Assembly (NCBI GenBank): GCA_944327215.1
Contig: CALVGY010000001.1
Location: forward strand, 1-45,787
Source: Candidatus Gastranaerophilales bacterium
GTDB lineage: Bacteria > Cyanobacteriota > Vampirovibrionia > Gastranaerophilales > Gastranaerophilaceae
DNA: 45,787 nucleotides
Direction: 5' to 3'
Part shown: positions 19,588 through 30,705 of the stretch, piece by piece
Numbering within the stretch: the stretch's first letter is position 1
Layout of the letters: each line of letters begins with the position of its first letter
Position numbers and translations under genes: made by a program
The notes under the pieces: model-generated
Seen by the model: the letters and a program-made list of their open reading frames with translations, nothing else
What the model was told of the DNA's origin: nothing
The model's database searches: none

Positions 19588-19753
19588 TAGCAAGGGAGAG
19601 ATTCGAACTCTCGACCTCACGGACTCTGCCGTAGCAAAAGTTGACTAAATGTCAAGTTTTGCAAGAGGGAAGCCGTGCCTCACAAAAGAAGCAGACGAAG
19701 AATTGAGTCTGATTCGATTGTGATTGAAAATCTGCGTACGGCGAATTACCCAC
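19588..19753 (-). repeat. tRNA(CAT)-derived tandem element: exact 35-bp 3' half plus hairpin insertions
   Basis: 19588-19622 is identical to 19771-19805; AGCCGTGC resumes at 19671 after a 48-nt insert. Confidence 0.75.
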
Positions 19754-19770
19754 AAAAAAAACAAAAAAAA

Positions 19771-19844
19771 TAGCAAGGGAGAGATTCGAACTCTCGACCT
19801 CACGGGTATGAGCCGTGCGCTCTCACCAGCTGAGCTACCTTGCC
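19771..19844 (-). tRNA. tRNA with CAT anticodon (elongator Met, or Ile2); CCA not encoded
   Basis: GGCAAGGTAGCTCAGCTGGTGAGAGCG-CACGG-CTCATAC-CCGTG-AGGTC-GAGAG-TTCGAAT-CTCTC-CCTTGCTA cloverleaf; lacks the fMet GGG/CCC anticodon stem. Confidence 0.93.
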
Positions 19845-19991
19845 ATTTATTTAATTGACAATTGTTATAGTCGCATAAACATTTTTAAATTTCAAGCTTT
19901 TTTTGTTTTTTATTGATTAACAAATTTATTTTTAGTTATAATAGTTATAGAACTCATTTTGTTAAACAATTAATTGAAAAGGTTATTTTGC

Positions 19992-21377
19992 ATGATTATT
20001 GACATGACAAAAGGTGACCCCTTAAAACATATCCTTGTTTTTTCAGTGCCACTATTGATTGGTAATATTTTCCAACAACTTTATAATATTGCTGATTTGG
20101 TTATTGTCGGCAGAACCTTAGGGGTTGAATCTTTTGCGGCAGTAGGTGCAGTTGCGCCGGTGTTTTTCCTTATTACATTTATTATTGTTGGTTTAACAAA
20201 CGGATTTGCTGTTATTACAGGACAAAGATACGGAGCTAAAGATATAAACGGGGTTCGAAATTCTGTTATTGTATCAACGATTTTAAGTACAATTGTTACT
20301 TTAGCATTTTCAGTTGTTTGCACTTTATTTTTAAATCCTATTTTAAAATGGATGAATGTACCTGCAAATATTTACCATAACGCTTTTTGGTATGTTGAAA
20401 TTATTATTATCGGTTTGATTATCACAACTATGTATAATATGATTTCAAGTATCATTAGGGCTTTAGGAGACAGCAAAACTCCTTTATATTTTTTAATTGT
20501 CGCATCTTTAGCAAATATTATTTTGGCATTAATTTTTATATTAATATTCCACATGGGAGTTCCCGGCTCTGCAATTGCGGTTTTGCTATCTCAAGGAATT
20601 TCCGTTTTATTATGTTTAATTTATGTCAGATATAAAATGCCTGTTTTGAGAATAAGCAGAAAAGAATGGCTCATAAAATTTGATAAAGACTTTTTCGAAT
20701 CTGCTTTTGAACACTTACGAGTCGGAGTGCCTATGGCTATTCAATTTTCAATTATCGGTGTAAGCGTTTTAGTTATACAAAGTGTTTGTAACTCTTTCGG
20801 CTCGAATGTCATTGCCGCATTCACAGCTGCCTTAAGAATAGAACAAATTGCAACAATGCCGATGATGTCTTTTGGGGTTGCTTTAGCTGCTTATGTTGCT
20901 CAAAATTTCGGGGCTATTAAATTTAAAAGAATTAGATTAGGAGTCATACAAACTTCTGTTATAAATATTGTATTAAGTATAATTATGGCATTTGTTATGC
21001 GGATTTGGGGAACAAATATTATAGGAGCATTCATCGGGACTAAGTCTAAAGAGATTATTGATATTGCACACAATTATTTGTTAATAAGTACAATATTCTA
21101 CTTTTTCCTCGGTCAAATTTTCATATACAGAAACGCACTACAAGGTATGGGAGAAACAATATTCCCACTTCTGGCATGTAGCGCAGAACTTGTTATGAGA
21201 ATATTTGCAGCAGTTTATTTGGCAATGAAATTTGGCTATGTCGGAATATTTTATGCAGGTCCTATTGCATGGATAAGCGCATCAGCCATCATGTTCTTTG
21301 GATATTTCGGAAGCATGAAACATATTATTTACAAAGTTAAATACAAAATACACAATGATATAACAAATATTGAATAA
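19992..21377 (+). CDS. MATE family efflux transporter
   Basis: MTKGDP...PLLIGNIFQQLYNIAD, RALGDSKTPL and AQNFGA motifs. Confidence 0.93.
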   Translation: MIIDMTKGDPLKHILVFSVPLLIGNIFQQLYNIADLVIVGRTLGVESFAAVGAVAPVFFLITFIIVGLTNGFAVITGQRYGAKDINGVRNSVIVSTILSTIVTLAFSVVCTLFLNPILKWMNVPANIYHNAFWYVEIIIIGLIITTMYNMISSIIRALGDSKTPLYFLIVASLANIILALIFILIFHMGVPGSAIAVLLSQGISVLLCLIYVRYKMPVLRISRKEWLIKFDKDFFESAFEHLRVGVPMAIQFSIIGVSVLVIQSVCNSFGSNVIAAFTAALRIEQIATMPMMSFGVALAAYVAQNFGAIKFKRIRLGVIQTSVINIVLSIIMAFVMRIWGTNIIGAFIGTKSKEIIDIAHNYLLISTIFYFFLGQIFIYRNALQGMGETIFPLLACSAELVMRIFAAVYLAMKFGYVGIFYAGPIAWISASAIMFFGYFGSMKHIIYKVKYKIHNDITNIE

Positions 21378-21456
21378 AAAGATTAAAACGTTTTATTTAT
21401 ATTTTTCATAATCAATATACATCATTTCGCCACTTGCAAAGTAAAAAATTTTATGA

Positions 21457-22785
<1,329 letters not shown>

Positions 22786-22810
22786 ATCCAAAATAAAATA
22801 ATATAAATAT

Positions 22811-22847
22811 AAAAAACATAGTTTCTTATCTTGAGACTATGTTTTTT
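22811..22847 (+). terminator. Terminator after eno
   Basis: AAAAAACATAGTTTC / GAGACTATGTTTTTT hairpin. Confidence 0.7.
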
Positions 22848-22955
22848 ATTTAAAATAGTTTTTCATTAAATCTCATCTGTTTATAGGATTAAAATCACAA
22901 AAGGCTAAGTTAAAATATAAATGGGTTAGTAATCATCTTTAAGGAAGTGGCTCTT

Positions 22956-23168
22956 ATGGAGGAAATTTTTTATCCGCAAAATAATGGAGAAATCTCAAAT
23001 TCGATTACTCAAAGCTGGACTGAACAGGCAATGGAATGCTATTCCATAAAGTGCGATTGTTCAAAATGTTCATTGAAAAACGGCAATTATTCATTCAAAT
23101 GTCAAATGCCAAAAGTCATTGACATTTTAATCAGTTCTGTAGGCAGACCTAGCAACAACCCCGCATAA
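22956..23168 (+). CDS. Small Cys-rich hypothetical protein
   Basis: CYSIKCDCSKC...CQMPKVI; AAGGAA RBS upstream of ATG 22956. Confidence 0.6.
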   Translation: MEEIFYPQNNGEISNSITQSWTEQAMECYSIKCDCSKCSLKNGNYSFKCQMPKVIDILISSVGRPSNNPA

Positions 23169-23240
23169 TGTACAGCTCCTTTTATTCAAACCCATATTGA
23201 ATTGACAGACGCATTAAAAAAAATCCGTCTTATTTTTTGC

Positions 23241-23267
23241 AAAAAAAATCGCCGAATTTTCGGCGGT
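23241..23267 (-). terminator. Terminator for the 23798-23338 pair
   Basis: Minus strand reads ACCGCCGAA-AA-TTCGGCGAT followed by a T-run. Confidence 0.7.
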
Positions 23268-23337
23268 GTAAATGTATATGTATTGTTAATTTTACTATCC
23301 CAAATCTCGGTAGCTGTTCTTCTTAACAGTCGAGGTT

Positions 23338-23550
23338 TTATTTTGCAAAACCCTCTTTATGAAATCTCATAAGTTTAGCAAGGTGCCATTCTCTTGCATC
23401 TAATTCGTCTATTTTGTTTTTAATATCTTCAAGTTCAGCAAGCAAAGTTGTTAAATCTTTGCGTGGTTGAATTTGCGGAGCAAAATGTTCTTCATCTTCG
23501 CACCACGAAATAGGAAAACAATTGTTTTCAAAAAGCTCTTTATTATTCAT
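23338..23550 (-). CDS. Small hypothetical protein (coiled-coil)
   Basis: TAAGGAGTGT RBS; 70 aa. Confidence 0.7.
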   Translation of the reverse strand: MNNKELFENNCFPISWCEDEEHFAPQIQPRKDLTTLLAELEDIKNKIDELDAREWHLAKLMRFHKEGFAK

Positions 23551-23573
23551 TGCACAACACTCCTTAAAGCTTG

Positions 23574-23798
23574 TTACACATTTTCTTTGTTTTGATACTG
23601 AGTAATAAATGAGTGAATCATATCGACAAGATCGAAATTACCATATTTAAATGCATTAGGTTTGTTAGCATATTCGCTGTCTGTAATTCTTTGCAAATCC
23701 CTAACCTGTTGGTAATCAAGTGAATTGAAATCAAAACTTGTCATTTCACCATAATCTACCATCAAATCTTCCATATCCGTATAATTTTTTTCTTCCAT
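23574..23798 (-). CDS. Small acidic hypothetical protein
   Basis: TAAGGAGTGT RBS before ATG 23798 (MEEKNY...). Confidence 0.7.
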   Translation of the reverse strand: MEEKNYTDMEDLMVDYGEMTSFDFNSLDYQQVRDLQRITDSEYANKPNAFKYGNFDLVDMIHSFITQYQNKENV

Positions 23799-23835
23799 GA
23801 GTACACACTCCTTATAAAATCTATTGACAAAATTT

Positions 23836-23863
23836 ATATCGGTAAGTTTTTGAAAAAACTTTA
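23836..23863 (-). promoter_or_regulatory. sigma28/sigmaD-like promoter
   Basis: Minus strand TAAA-N16-ACCGATAT versus consensus TAAA-N15/16-GCCGATA(A/T). Confidence 0.55.
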
Positions 23864-23975
23864 GGATTTGAAGAAACATCGTTACATATTTTTACAAATC
23901 ATTCGTTTAGAGGTTTGACTTTTTACAAAAAATCATTAACATGAAATTGAAAAAGTAGAAATTTGAGGGCGTAGT

Positions 23976-24527
23976 ATGGCTAATAATAATTTACTTGCCG
24001 GTGTTTATGCCGGATTAACAAATACATATTCATATCTTGCATCACAATATCCAAACGGGATAACACTGGAAAATATCACAGAAGCAAGAACAAAAACAAC
24101 AAATTTGGGAACCTTAAACCAAACCTTTGCTTCATATTTACAAAATAACTTTGCAAATATTGATAATGATGGTGATGGCATTATTACTGCTGATGAAATG
24201 AGTAATTTATCTAACAGAATTTCAACACAAGGTTTGACAAGAGCTGAACTCACACAGCTTTATGCATCAGGAGCCAGTGGACTATCTGAAAGCACAATGA
24301 CTAAAATCTTGGATCACTTTGATGAAATGGATACAAACCACGACGGAAGAATAACGAGTGCTGAAATATCTGCGTATGATGTTAATTGTGCAAGAATGGA
24401 AGTGGAAGATGAATTTAACAACCGCCGAGCAACTGATATGTCAGTATTTTACGGTGACAGCTCATCATCTTCTGCCGATACATACAGCCTTTTAAGTTAT
24501 AAATACAAATCAAATAACGATGATTAG
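23976..24527 (+). CDS. EF-hand calcium-binding domain protein
   Basis: DNDGDGIITADE and DTNHDGRITSAE loops. Confidence 0.85.
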   Translation: MANNNLLAGVYAGLTNTYSYLASQYPNGITLENITEARTKTTNLGTLNQTFASYLQNNFANIDNDGDGIITADEMSNLSNRISTQGLTRAELTQLYASGASGLSESTMTKILDHFDEMDTNHDGRITSAEISAYDVNCARMEVEDEFNNRRATDMSVFYGDSSSSSADTYSLLSYKYKSNNDD

Positions 24528-24565
24528 AATACTTTAACTTAGTAACACACAATACATTGGAAAGG

Positions 24566-24591
24566 AAATAGCTCCTAAAAAGGGGCTATTT
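24566..24591. terminator. Bidirectional terminator
   Basis: AAATAGCTCCT/AGGGGCTATTT between convergent genes. Confidence 0.65.
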
Positions 24592-24601
24592 ATTTTTACA
24601 T

Positions 24602-25171
24602 TTATTTTTGTAAAAGATATTCAAAAATTTTTTCATTATATCTGTGGTCTTCCGAACTAAAAGGTAAAACAACCCCGCCAAATTCCTTTTCAACATATTT
24701 TAATACATTCAACGTTTTTGACTTTGGAACATAATCCATTTTTGTAACAACGGTAAATATAGGCAAATTATAAGCTTCTACCCACTCCCTCATTTGATAA
24801 TCATTTTTTTGAATTTCATGCCTGCCATCAATAAGTTGAATTAAAGATGAAATCTGCTCTCTTTTCAGCAAATATTCTTCCAAATATTTTTGCCACTTAT
24901 CTTGAGCTTCTTTAGACACTTTTGCATAACCGTATCCGGGCAAATCTGCTATCATAAATTTATCCGCAAACTGAAAAAAGTTTATTAATCTGGTTTTTCC
25001 AGGGGTATTAGAAGTCTTTGCTAATTTTTTGTGATTTGCAAGCGCGTTTATAAAAGAGGATTTTCCGACATTTGAACGTCCTAAAAGCGGATATTCAGAA
25101 AGCGTATAGTTTGGACACTGCGATAATTTTTCTGCACTTATTAAAAATTTTGCCTGCATGTATTTAGTCAT
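24602..25171 (-). CDS. engB: Ribosome biogenesis GTPase YihA/YsxC
   Basis: GRSNVGKSS, TPGKT, DLPGYGYA and TKMD motifs. Confidence 0.93.
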   Translation of the reverse strand: MTKYMQAKFLISAEKLSQCPNYTLSEYPLLGRSNVGKSSFINALANHKKLAKTSNTPGKTRLINFFQFADKFMIADLPGYGYAKVSKEAQDKWQKYLEEYLLKREQISSLIQLIDGRHEIQKNDYQMREWVEAYNLPIFTVVTKMDYVPKSKTLNVLKYVEKEFGGVVLPFSSEDHRYNEKIFEYLLQK

Positions 25172-25290
25172 AAACTTATAGTAACATAAAATATTTATAT
25201 TAATTTGTAAACTTTGTAAAACAAATATATAAATTTTAAGCAATTTTTTATATTTTGCTCTTTTATGTTTTGTAGATAAAAGGAAAAGAT

Positions 25291-25920
25291 ATGAGTATTT
25301 TAAATTTAACAAGAACTGCATTACCCGCAGCTACAATATCAATGACTAAAAACAATAAAAATATAATGTCCATGCCGGAGATGGTTTTATTTAAAATGCA
25401 ATCTGACAACCCACAAAAAATAGTTCGAGTCGGGATGAATGAATGCAAAACAGCAAAAATTTCCCCAAATGGTGTAAATACAATATTCACAGACAGTCTT
25501 GCAAGCTGTAATGCAGTAACTGTTGTCTCAAAAGACAAAAGCGGAAACCCGATTGTAATTCTCTCCCACTTCCTTCCCTCATCACCTAACCAAACAGCAC
25601 AGGCAAGTGCAATAGAAAAACAATTGGAAACTTATGGAGCCTGTTTTGATAAAAGCTCTAAAACAAAAGTATTTTATAACGTACCCGGATATATGAGTAC
25701 AGAAGGTTTAAAACCTTGCATTACAAATATTTTTGAAAAAGTAAAACAAGTACTTAATAAATTTATAAAAAATAATTATGAAGAAAAAATCATACCATAT
25801 CAAGGGAAAAACAGACCTGCTTATTTTTCAAGTGCAAATATTTTTCAATTCGACCCTCAAAATATAAACAAATGCAAAATGACCACAGTCGGAGAACAAG
25901 AATATTTCTTTGATGTGTAA
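25291..25920 (+). CDS. CheD-like / CNF1-YfiH fold putative cysteine deamidase
   Basis: VRVGMNE...TDSLASCNAV...LSHFLP resembles CheD V.VGM..LGSC...H.mLP. Confidence 0.55.
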   Translation: MSILNLTRTALPAATISMTKNNKNIMSMPEMVLFKMQSDNPQKIVRVGMNECKTAKISPNGVNTIFTDSLASCNAVTVVSKDKSGNPIVILSHFLPSSPNQTAQASAIEKQLETYGACFDKSSKTKVFYNVPGYMSTEGLKPCITNIFEKVKQVLNKFIKNNYEEKIIPYQGKNRPAYFSSANIFQFDPQNINKCKMTTVGEQEYFFDV

Positions 25921-25923
25921 AAT

Positions 25924-26181
25924 TTATTTTGTATTTAAAATTTTTTCTTTTTGTTCCTGTAACTTCTTCTTAAATAAAATCTTTTGGAACAAATTATACA
26001 TCTTTTCACTGTTTACAACAGTAATTTGTGTTTTTTTATTCACAAAATCAACATTGACATAAGGTTTTTTATTAAAAATATTATTTTCAATATTCACAAG
26101 TTGAAACAGCCCTTCAGTTAATACGCTGATGGGCTCTCTCAAAAATATTTCAAATGTTTTTCTTATATCAAATTTTTTCAT
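25924..26181 (-). CDS. Hypothetical protein
   Basis: 85-aa ATG ORF directly downstream of the TPR gene on the same strand. Confidence 0.6.
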   Translation of the reverse strand: MKKFDIRKTFEIFLREPISVLTEGLFQLVNIENNIFNKKPYVNVDFVNKKTQITVVNSEKMYNLFQKILFKKKLQEQKEKILNTK

Positions 26182-26207
26182 ATCCCGGTCTGGTGTGATT
26201 TTTGTTT

Positions 26208-28061
26208 TTATTGTGCTTTTACTTTATATTTTTCAATTTTCTTTTGAATATCAGCTTTATCAGAAGCATTCGGGTTCATAGCCAAATACTGTTGATAATA
26301 TTTTACAGCACCTCTGTAATTAAGTTCTTTTTCATAAGACATAGCCTTAAGTTTTGCGATCTGTGAACTGTTATGGTAAAAGTCAATTGCACGGTTGCAA
26401 TACTCAATTGCAGATGCGTAATTCTTTTCTTGATATTGTCTTTGAGCGATGTCAAAGAATTCATTAGACTTGATTTCGCAAAGATTAATATATTGAATAC
26501 CGTTTTTAGCGATTACATTATCAGGGTCTTTCATCAAAGCCTTTTGTAATGCCTGTCTTGCAGTTCTGAATTGTTTATTATGAACAAGAATTTCTGCAAG
26601 ATACAAATCATCATCTACAGATGTTGAGAAGTTGATAGCATTTTCAAATGTATAAACGGCATCTTTTTCTCTACCCATTGCAAGATAAGCTTCACCTTTG
26701 ATTACGCTATCCATAAGGTTGTTACCAGCTGCTTGAATAATATAATTCAAACTGTCTTTAGCAAGCGGAGCTTGGTGAACAAGTCTTGCAAGTTTTAATT
26801 TTGCTAAATGAAGTTTCAAATCATCAGGACATTGTTCTATCGCTTTGTTTACATAGTCATAAGCCAAATAAACTTCTCTGTTTGTAGCGATACCTTCGTT
26901 TGAACCTCTTTCTTTAGCCATTTCATAATAAGTATTTGCAAGCCCAATTATTGCTTCTTCATTGTAATTTGCATCACCTACAAGTTTTGAATAATAATCT
27001 AAGGCTTGATCGTATTTTTTAATATGCAAAGCCATATTTGCGATTTTCAAACGACCTTCATTGTAACCGGGGTTAATTGCAATAGCTGTCTTCAACTGTT
27101 CCATTGCAAATTCTTCGTCAGCACGATTTTCATAAATTGTTGCCAAATTCAAATATGGTCTGGAATTTTCAGGTTTGACAAGCTGAGCTTTTTTAAATGA
27201 ATTGATTGCAGCAGCCTGGTTTCCTTGTTTCAAGTACAATTCACCTTGCAAAGTCAAAGCGGGTGAAGAATTCGGATTAACATGCACTGAGTGATTAACC
27301 CAAGTTAAAGCTTTTGAATAATTCCCTCTTCGAGTTTCAACCTGAGCCATGTGATACCAAGCTGTCGGGTTGTGAGTGTTATATTTCATAGCTTTCATGA
27401 AATAATTTTCTGCAGAATCAAGATTACCGTTCATCATTTCAACAACACCGATATTATCGTAAGCTGTTGCAAATGACGGATTAATCTTTAATGCAGTATT
27501 AAATAAATCCATAGCGTCATTAGTATTGCCTAACTTTAATGTTGCAACACCCATAGCATTGTAAGCTTCATAATATCTGCTGTTTAAGTTAACGGCATTA
27601 ACAAATTCTCTCAAAGAAGAATTTATAAGTTCTCTTGTATTTTTAATATAGTCAACATCGGAAGAAGTTGTTCTTTGTAAATAAACTAAACCTTGGGCAT
27701 AATGAAGAGTAGGGTTTTTCGGATACTGTTTTAACAATTTATCCAACTCTTTTTGTGCAGGATCAAGTTTATGTTGCTTAGCCATCGAAACAGTTCTTAA
27801 TGCTAAAAGATTAATATCATTTGGTTTTACATTAAGTAATTCTCTAATTTTCTGATCAGCTTCAGCGCAATGATTATATTCAATCAACCTTGCAATTTCA
27901 GGGTAAACTTGAGTTGCGGATTTTGAAGGTGCAACTGTTGTTTGTTTAGCAGCTTTTGCGGTATTTTTTTGAACTTGCGCTTGCAGTTCTTTTGCATAAA
28001 CCTGAGAAGACAATGCAGCCATAACGACAATAGATGATATTAATAATTTTTTACAATTCAT
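26208..28061 (-). CDS. Secreted tetratricopeptide repeat protein
   Basis: Signal peptide (…SSQVYA); many TPRs (AYNAMG, AYDNIG, ALKINP). Confidence 0.9.
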   Translation of the reverse strand: MNCKKLLISSIVVMAALSSQVYAKELQAQVQKNTAKAAKQTTVAPSKSATQVYPEIARLIEYNHCAEADQKIRELLNVKPNDINLLALRTVSMAKQHKLDPAQKELDKLLKQYPKNPTLHYAQGLVYLQRTTSSDVDYIKNTRELINSSLREFVNAVNLNSRYYEAYNAMGVATLKLGNTNDAMDLFNTALKINPSFATAYDNIGVVEMMNGNLDSAENYFMKAMKYNTHNPTAWYHMAQVETRRGNYSKALTWVNHSVHVNPNSSPALTLQGELYLKQGNQAAAINSFKKAQLVKPENSRPYLNLATIYENRADEEFAMEQLKTAIAINPGYNEGRLKIANMALHIKKYDQALDYYSKLVGDANYNEEAIIGLANTYYEMAKERGSNEGIATNREVYLAYDYVNKAIEQCPDDLKLHLAKLKLARLVHQAPLAKDSLNYIIQAAGNNLMDSVIKGEAYLAMGREKDAVYTFENAINFSTSVDDDLYLAEILVHNKQFRTARQALQKALMKDPDNVIAKNGIQYINLCEIKSNEFFDIAQRQYQEKNYASAIEYCNRAIDFYHNSSQIAKLKAMSYEKELNYRGAVKYYQQYLAMNPNASDKADIQKKIEKYKVKAQ

Positions 28062-28162
28062 TTTATCTCCTGCAACCAATTACAAGTTAACTATTTTAAT
28101 TATTATAAAAATATTGTATAATACTATTTATAAAAAAGCAATAATGTAAATGGTGTAGAAAC

Positions 28163-29077
28163 ATGGGAATAAACACGACTTCAAAACAGGATTTGGAAGA
28201 TTTTAAGTCATACATAATTGCAGAAAAGAATTTTTCAAAACACACTGCAAAAGCTTATTGTTCAGACATTTTGAGCTTTCTTGTCTGGATGGATGAAACG
28301 TCCTGTGAAGATATAGACCTTCCCAAAATAAGAGAGTACCTGCATTTTATACAAAAATTCAATTACAAAAAAACAACACTTGCCAGAAAAATTGCATCAT
28401 TAAGAACGTTTTATAAATACTTGTATCGCGAGCGTAAAGTTGAATCAAATCCTGCAATGAGTCTGATAAATCCAAAACGTCCAAAATCATTGCCTAAATT
28501 TTTAACACCGGATGAAGTTGAGCAAATTTTAAATAACACAAAAATAGAAACTCCCGCAGGATACAGAAACAGAACTATTTTAGAACTTTTATGGGCTACA
28601 GGAATGAGAATTTCAGAACTTGCAGGGCTAAATTTTGGGGATTTAAATCTTGAAAATAACGAAATAAGAGTTTTCGGTAAAGGTTCAAAAGAACGCATAA
28701 TCCTTGTTACAGACAGAGCCAAACACTTTCTTGAAAGATATATTGAAACAGCAAGAGCACTTGTCCCAAAAGGTTTTCCTGTCCCTCCGCAAGATGAAGA
28801 TTCACCTGTTTTTATAAACAACACAGGCTATCGGCTTCAAACCAAAACTATCAGAAATGTTATCAATGATATTGTAGAAAAAATAAACTTGCCAAAACAT
28901 GTAACTCCACACGTTTTCCGCCACAGTTTTGCAACACATTTGATAGAAAACGGAGCGGATTTAAGAGTTGTACAAGAGCTTTTGGGCCACGCAAGCATTT
29001 CAAACACTCAAATATACACTCACGTATCAACTCAACATTTGAAAGAAGTTTATAATGAAACACACCCAAGAGCCTGA
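28163..29077 (+). CDS. xerC: Tyrosine recombinase XerC/XerD
   Basis: TGMRISE, GKGSKER, PHVFRHSFATH and LLGHASISNTQIYTH motifs. Confidence 0.9.
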   Translation: MGINTTSKQDLEDFKSYIIAEKNFSKHTAKAYCSDILSFLVWMDETSCEDIDLPKIREYLHFIQKFNYKKTTLARKIASLRTFYKYLYRERKVESNPAMSLINPKRPKSLPKFLTPDEVEQILNNTKIETPAGYRNRTILELLWATGMRISELAGLNFGDLNLENNEIRVFGKGSKERIILVTDRAKHFLERYIETARALVPKGFPVPPQDEDSPVFINNTGYRLQTKTIRNVINDIVEKINLPKHVTPHVFRHSFATHLIENGADLRVVQELLGHASISNTQIYTHVSTQHLKEVYNETHPRA

Positions 29078-29138
29078 GGGCATTAAGACACATCTTAATA
29101 CCCTTGCCCAAAATAAAAAAATGGTCTAAACTCATCTT

Positions 29139-29936
29139 ATGGATGAAATTATTGAAAAACTTAAAGAACTTGGCTTAAATGAGTATCAATCAAAAGTTTA
29201 TATCGCTCTTTTGAAGAAATTTCCTGCAACAGGTTATGAAGTAAGCAAGCTTGCAAGCATTCCGCAATCAAGAACTTATGACACTTTAAAAGTTCTCGAA
29301 ACAATGCATATTGTAATTTCATCAAACACAAAGCCAATCACATACACCCCCATTCGTCCAAAAGAATTGACAAAACGGTACAAAAGAAAGCTTGATTCCA
29401 CAATCAATTTTCTTGAAAAAAAACTACCTGACCTAAAAGAAGACAGCTACACCGAACCTGTTTTAACTATTACCGGAACAACAAAAATTTATGATAAATT
29501 AATTGAAATTATAAAAAATGCAAAAAACAATATTTTTGTAGCTCTCTGGTCACACGATTTTAAATATCTCGAGACACATTTGCTTGATGCTTATAACAGA
29601 GGACTGGATATAAAAATCGTTAAGTATGATAATTTTATCTGCAATTTTGGAACAGTATTTGAGCATTCAACAATTTCAATGTTGGATCATTACAAAAACG
29701 ACAAATTCATTTTTTTAACTGCAGATGATAATGAAGGAATATTTGGCGTCAGCAAATCTGTCAAAAATTTTCAACCAACACTTACTTGGACAAAAAATAC
29801 AGAAATAGTATTTTTAATAAAAGCTTTCAGCGTATTTAGTATGTACCTTGTTGATATTGAAAACAATTTCCCTGAACAGTTAAGATATTTTTATGGGGCA
29901 GGATTAAAAAAGCTCCGGGATAAAATTTTACATTAA
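29139..29936 (+). CDS. TrmB-family transcriptional regulator
   Basis: LGLNEYQSKVYIALL...ATGYEVSK..IPQSRTY. Confidence 0.88.
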   Translation: MDEIIEKLKELGLNEYQSKVYIALLKKFPATGYEVSKLASIPQSRTYDTLKVLETMHIVISSNTKPITYTPIRPKELTKRYKRKLDSTINFLEKKLPDLKEDSYTEPVLTITGTTKIYDKLIEIIKNAKNNIFVALWSHDFKYLETHLLDAYNRGLDIKIVKYDNFICNFGTVFEHSTISMLDHYKNDKFIFLTADDNEGIFGVSKSVKNFQPTLTWTKNTEIVFLIKAFSVFSMYLVDIENNFPEQLRYFYGAGLKKLRDKILH

Positions 29937-29989
29937 TTTACTTTCAAATAATTTTGAAAGATGTATAATTAATATGTAAGGAGATTTTG

Positions 29990-30610
29990 ATGTACGGGTA
30001 TAGTTTTGAATTAATCACAGGGCCGGTGAGCTGCGGCAAAACAGAGGAGCTTTTGCGCAGAATTAGAAGATCTATTATAGCTAAGAAAAAAGTAAAAGTA
30101 ATTTCACCTGATATTGATACAAGAGCAAAAGGTGATTATATAGAATCAAGAAACGGTTTATGGCTTGATGCAATCAAGGTAAAACATGCAATACAGATTA
30201 TGAGTGTTGTAAAAGAGGAAGATGAAGTTATCGCAATAGATGAGTTACAATTTTTTGACAGCAACATTGTCAAAGTTATTTCCAAATTAATGGAAGAAGG
30301 CAAAAAAGTCATCGGAACAGGTTTGGAACTTGATTTTAAAGCAGAACCTTTTGGAAGTATGCCTGAATTGATGTGTATAGCAACAAAAGTTGATAAATTA
30401 CATGCAGTTTGTATGAAATGCGGCTGTGAATATGCAACCCGTACACAAAGATTGATTGACGGCAAACCTGCTGATAAAAATTCCCCATTAATTATGATTG
30501 ACGGGGACGAAACTTATGAAGCACGCTGCGTAAAATGTTATGAGCTTCCTGATGTTGAGCTTGAAAAGAAAAAACGCGGGTTTAAACTTTTAAATTTTGA
30601 AAAAATATAA
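29990..30610 (+). CDS. tdk: Thymidine kinase
   Basis: GPVSCGKTEEL, IDELQFF, zinc-site CMKC and YEARCVKC. Confidence 0.93.
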   Translation: MYGYSFELITGPVSCGKTEELLRRIRRSIIAKKKVKVISPDIDTRAKGDYIESRNGLWLDAIKVKHAIQIMSVVKEEDEVIAIDELQFFDSNIVKVISKLMEEGKKVIGTGLELDFKAEPFGSMPELMCIATKVDKLHAVCMKCGCEYATRTQRLIDGKPADKNSPLIMIDGDETYEARCVKCYELPDVELEKKKRGFKLLNFEKI

Positions 30611-30618
30611 TAAAAAAA

Positions 30619-30655
30619 GGAACTGACATCTCTTTTTATTTAAGATATCAGTTCC
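30619..30655. terminator. Terminator hairpin between tdk and the SLH gene
   Basis: GGAACTGACATCT/AGATATCAGTTCC preceded by an A-run. Confidence 0.6.
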
Positions 30656-30705
30656 CTCAGGCTTCGAACAAATTAATTACTGTTTTTTACTTGCTCTTTT
30701 TTTTA

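Noticed and set aside
19623..19670. Group I intron in the tRNA anticodon loop
   Set aside because: Only 48 nt with no catalytic core; it replaces rather than interrupts the anticodon.
28163..29077. Xer recombinase as a prophage or integron integrase
   Set aside because: Canonical XerC/D length and motifs, housekeeping context, and no integron-specific insertion recognised.
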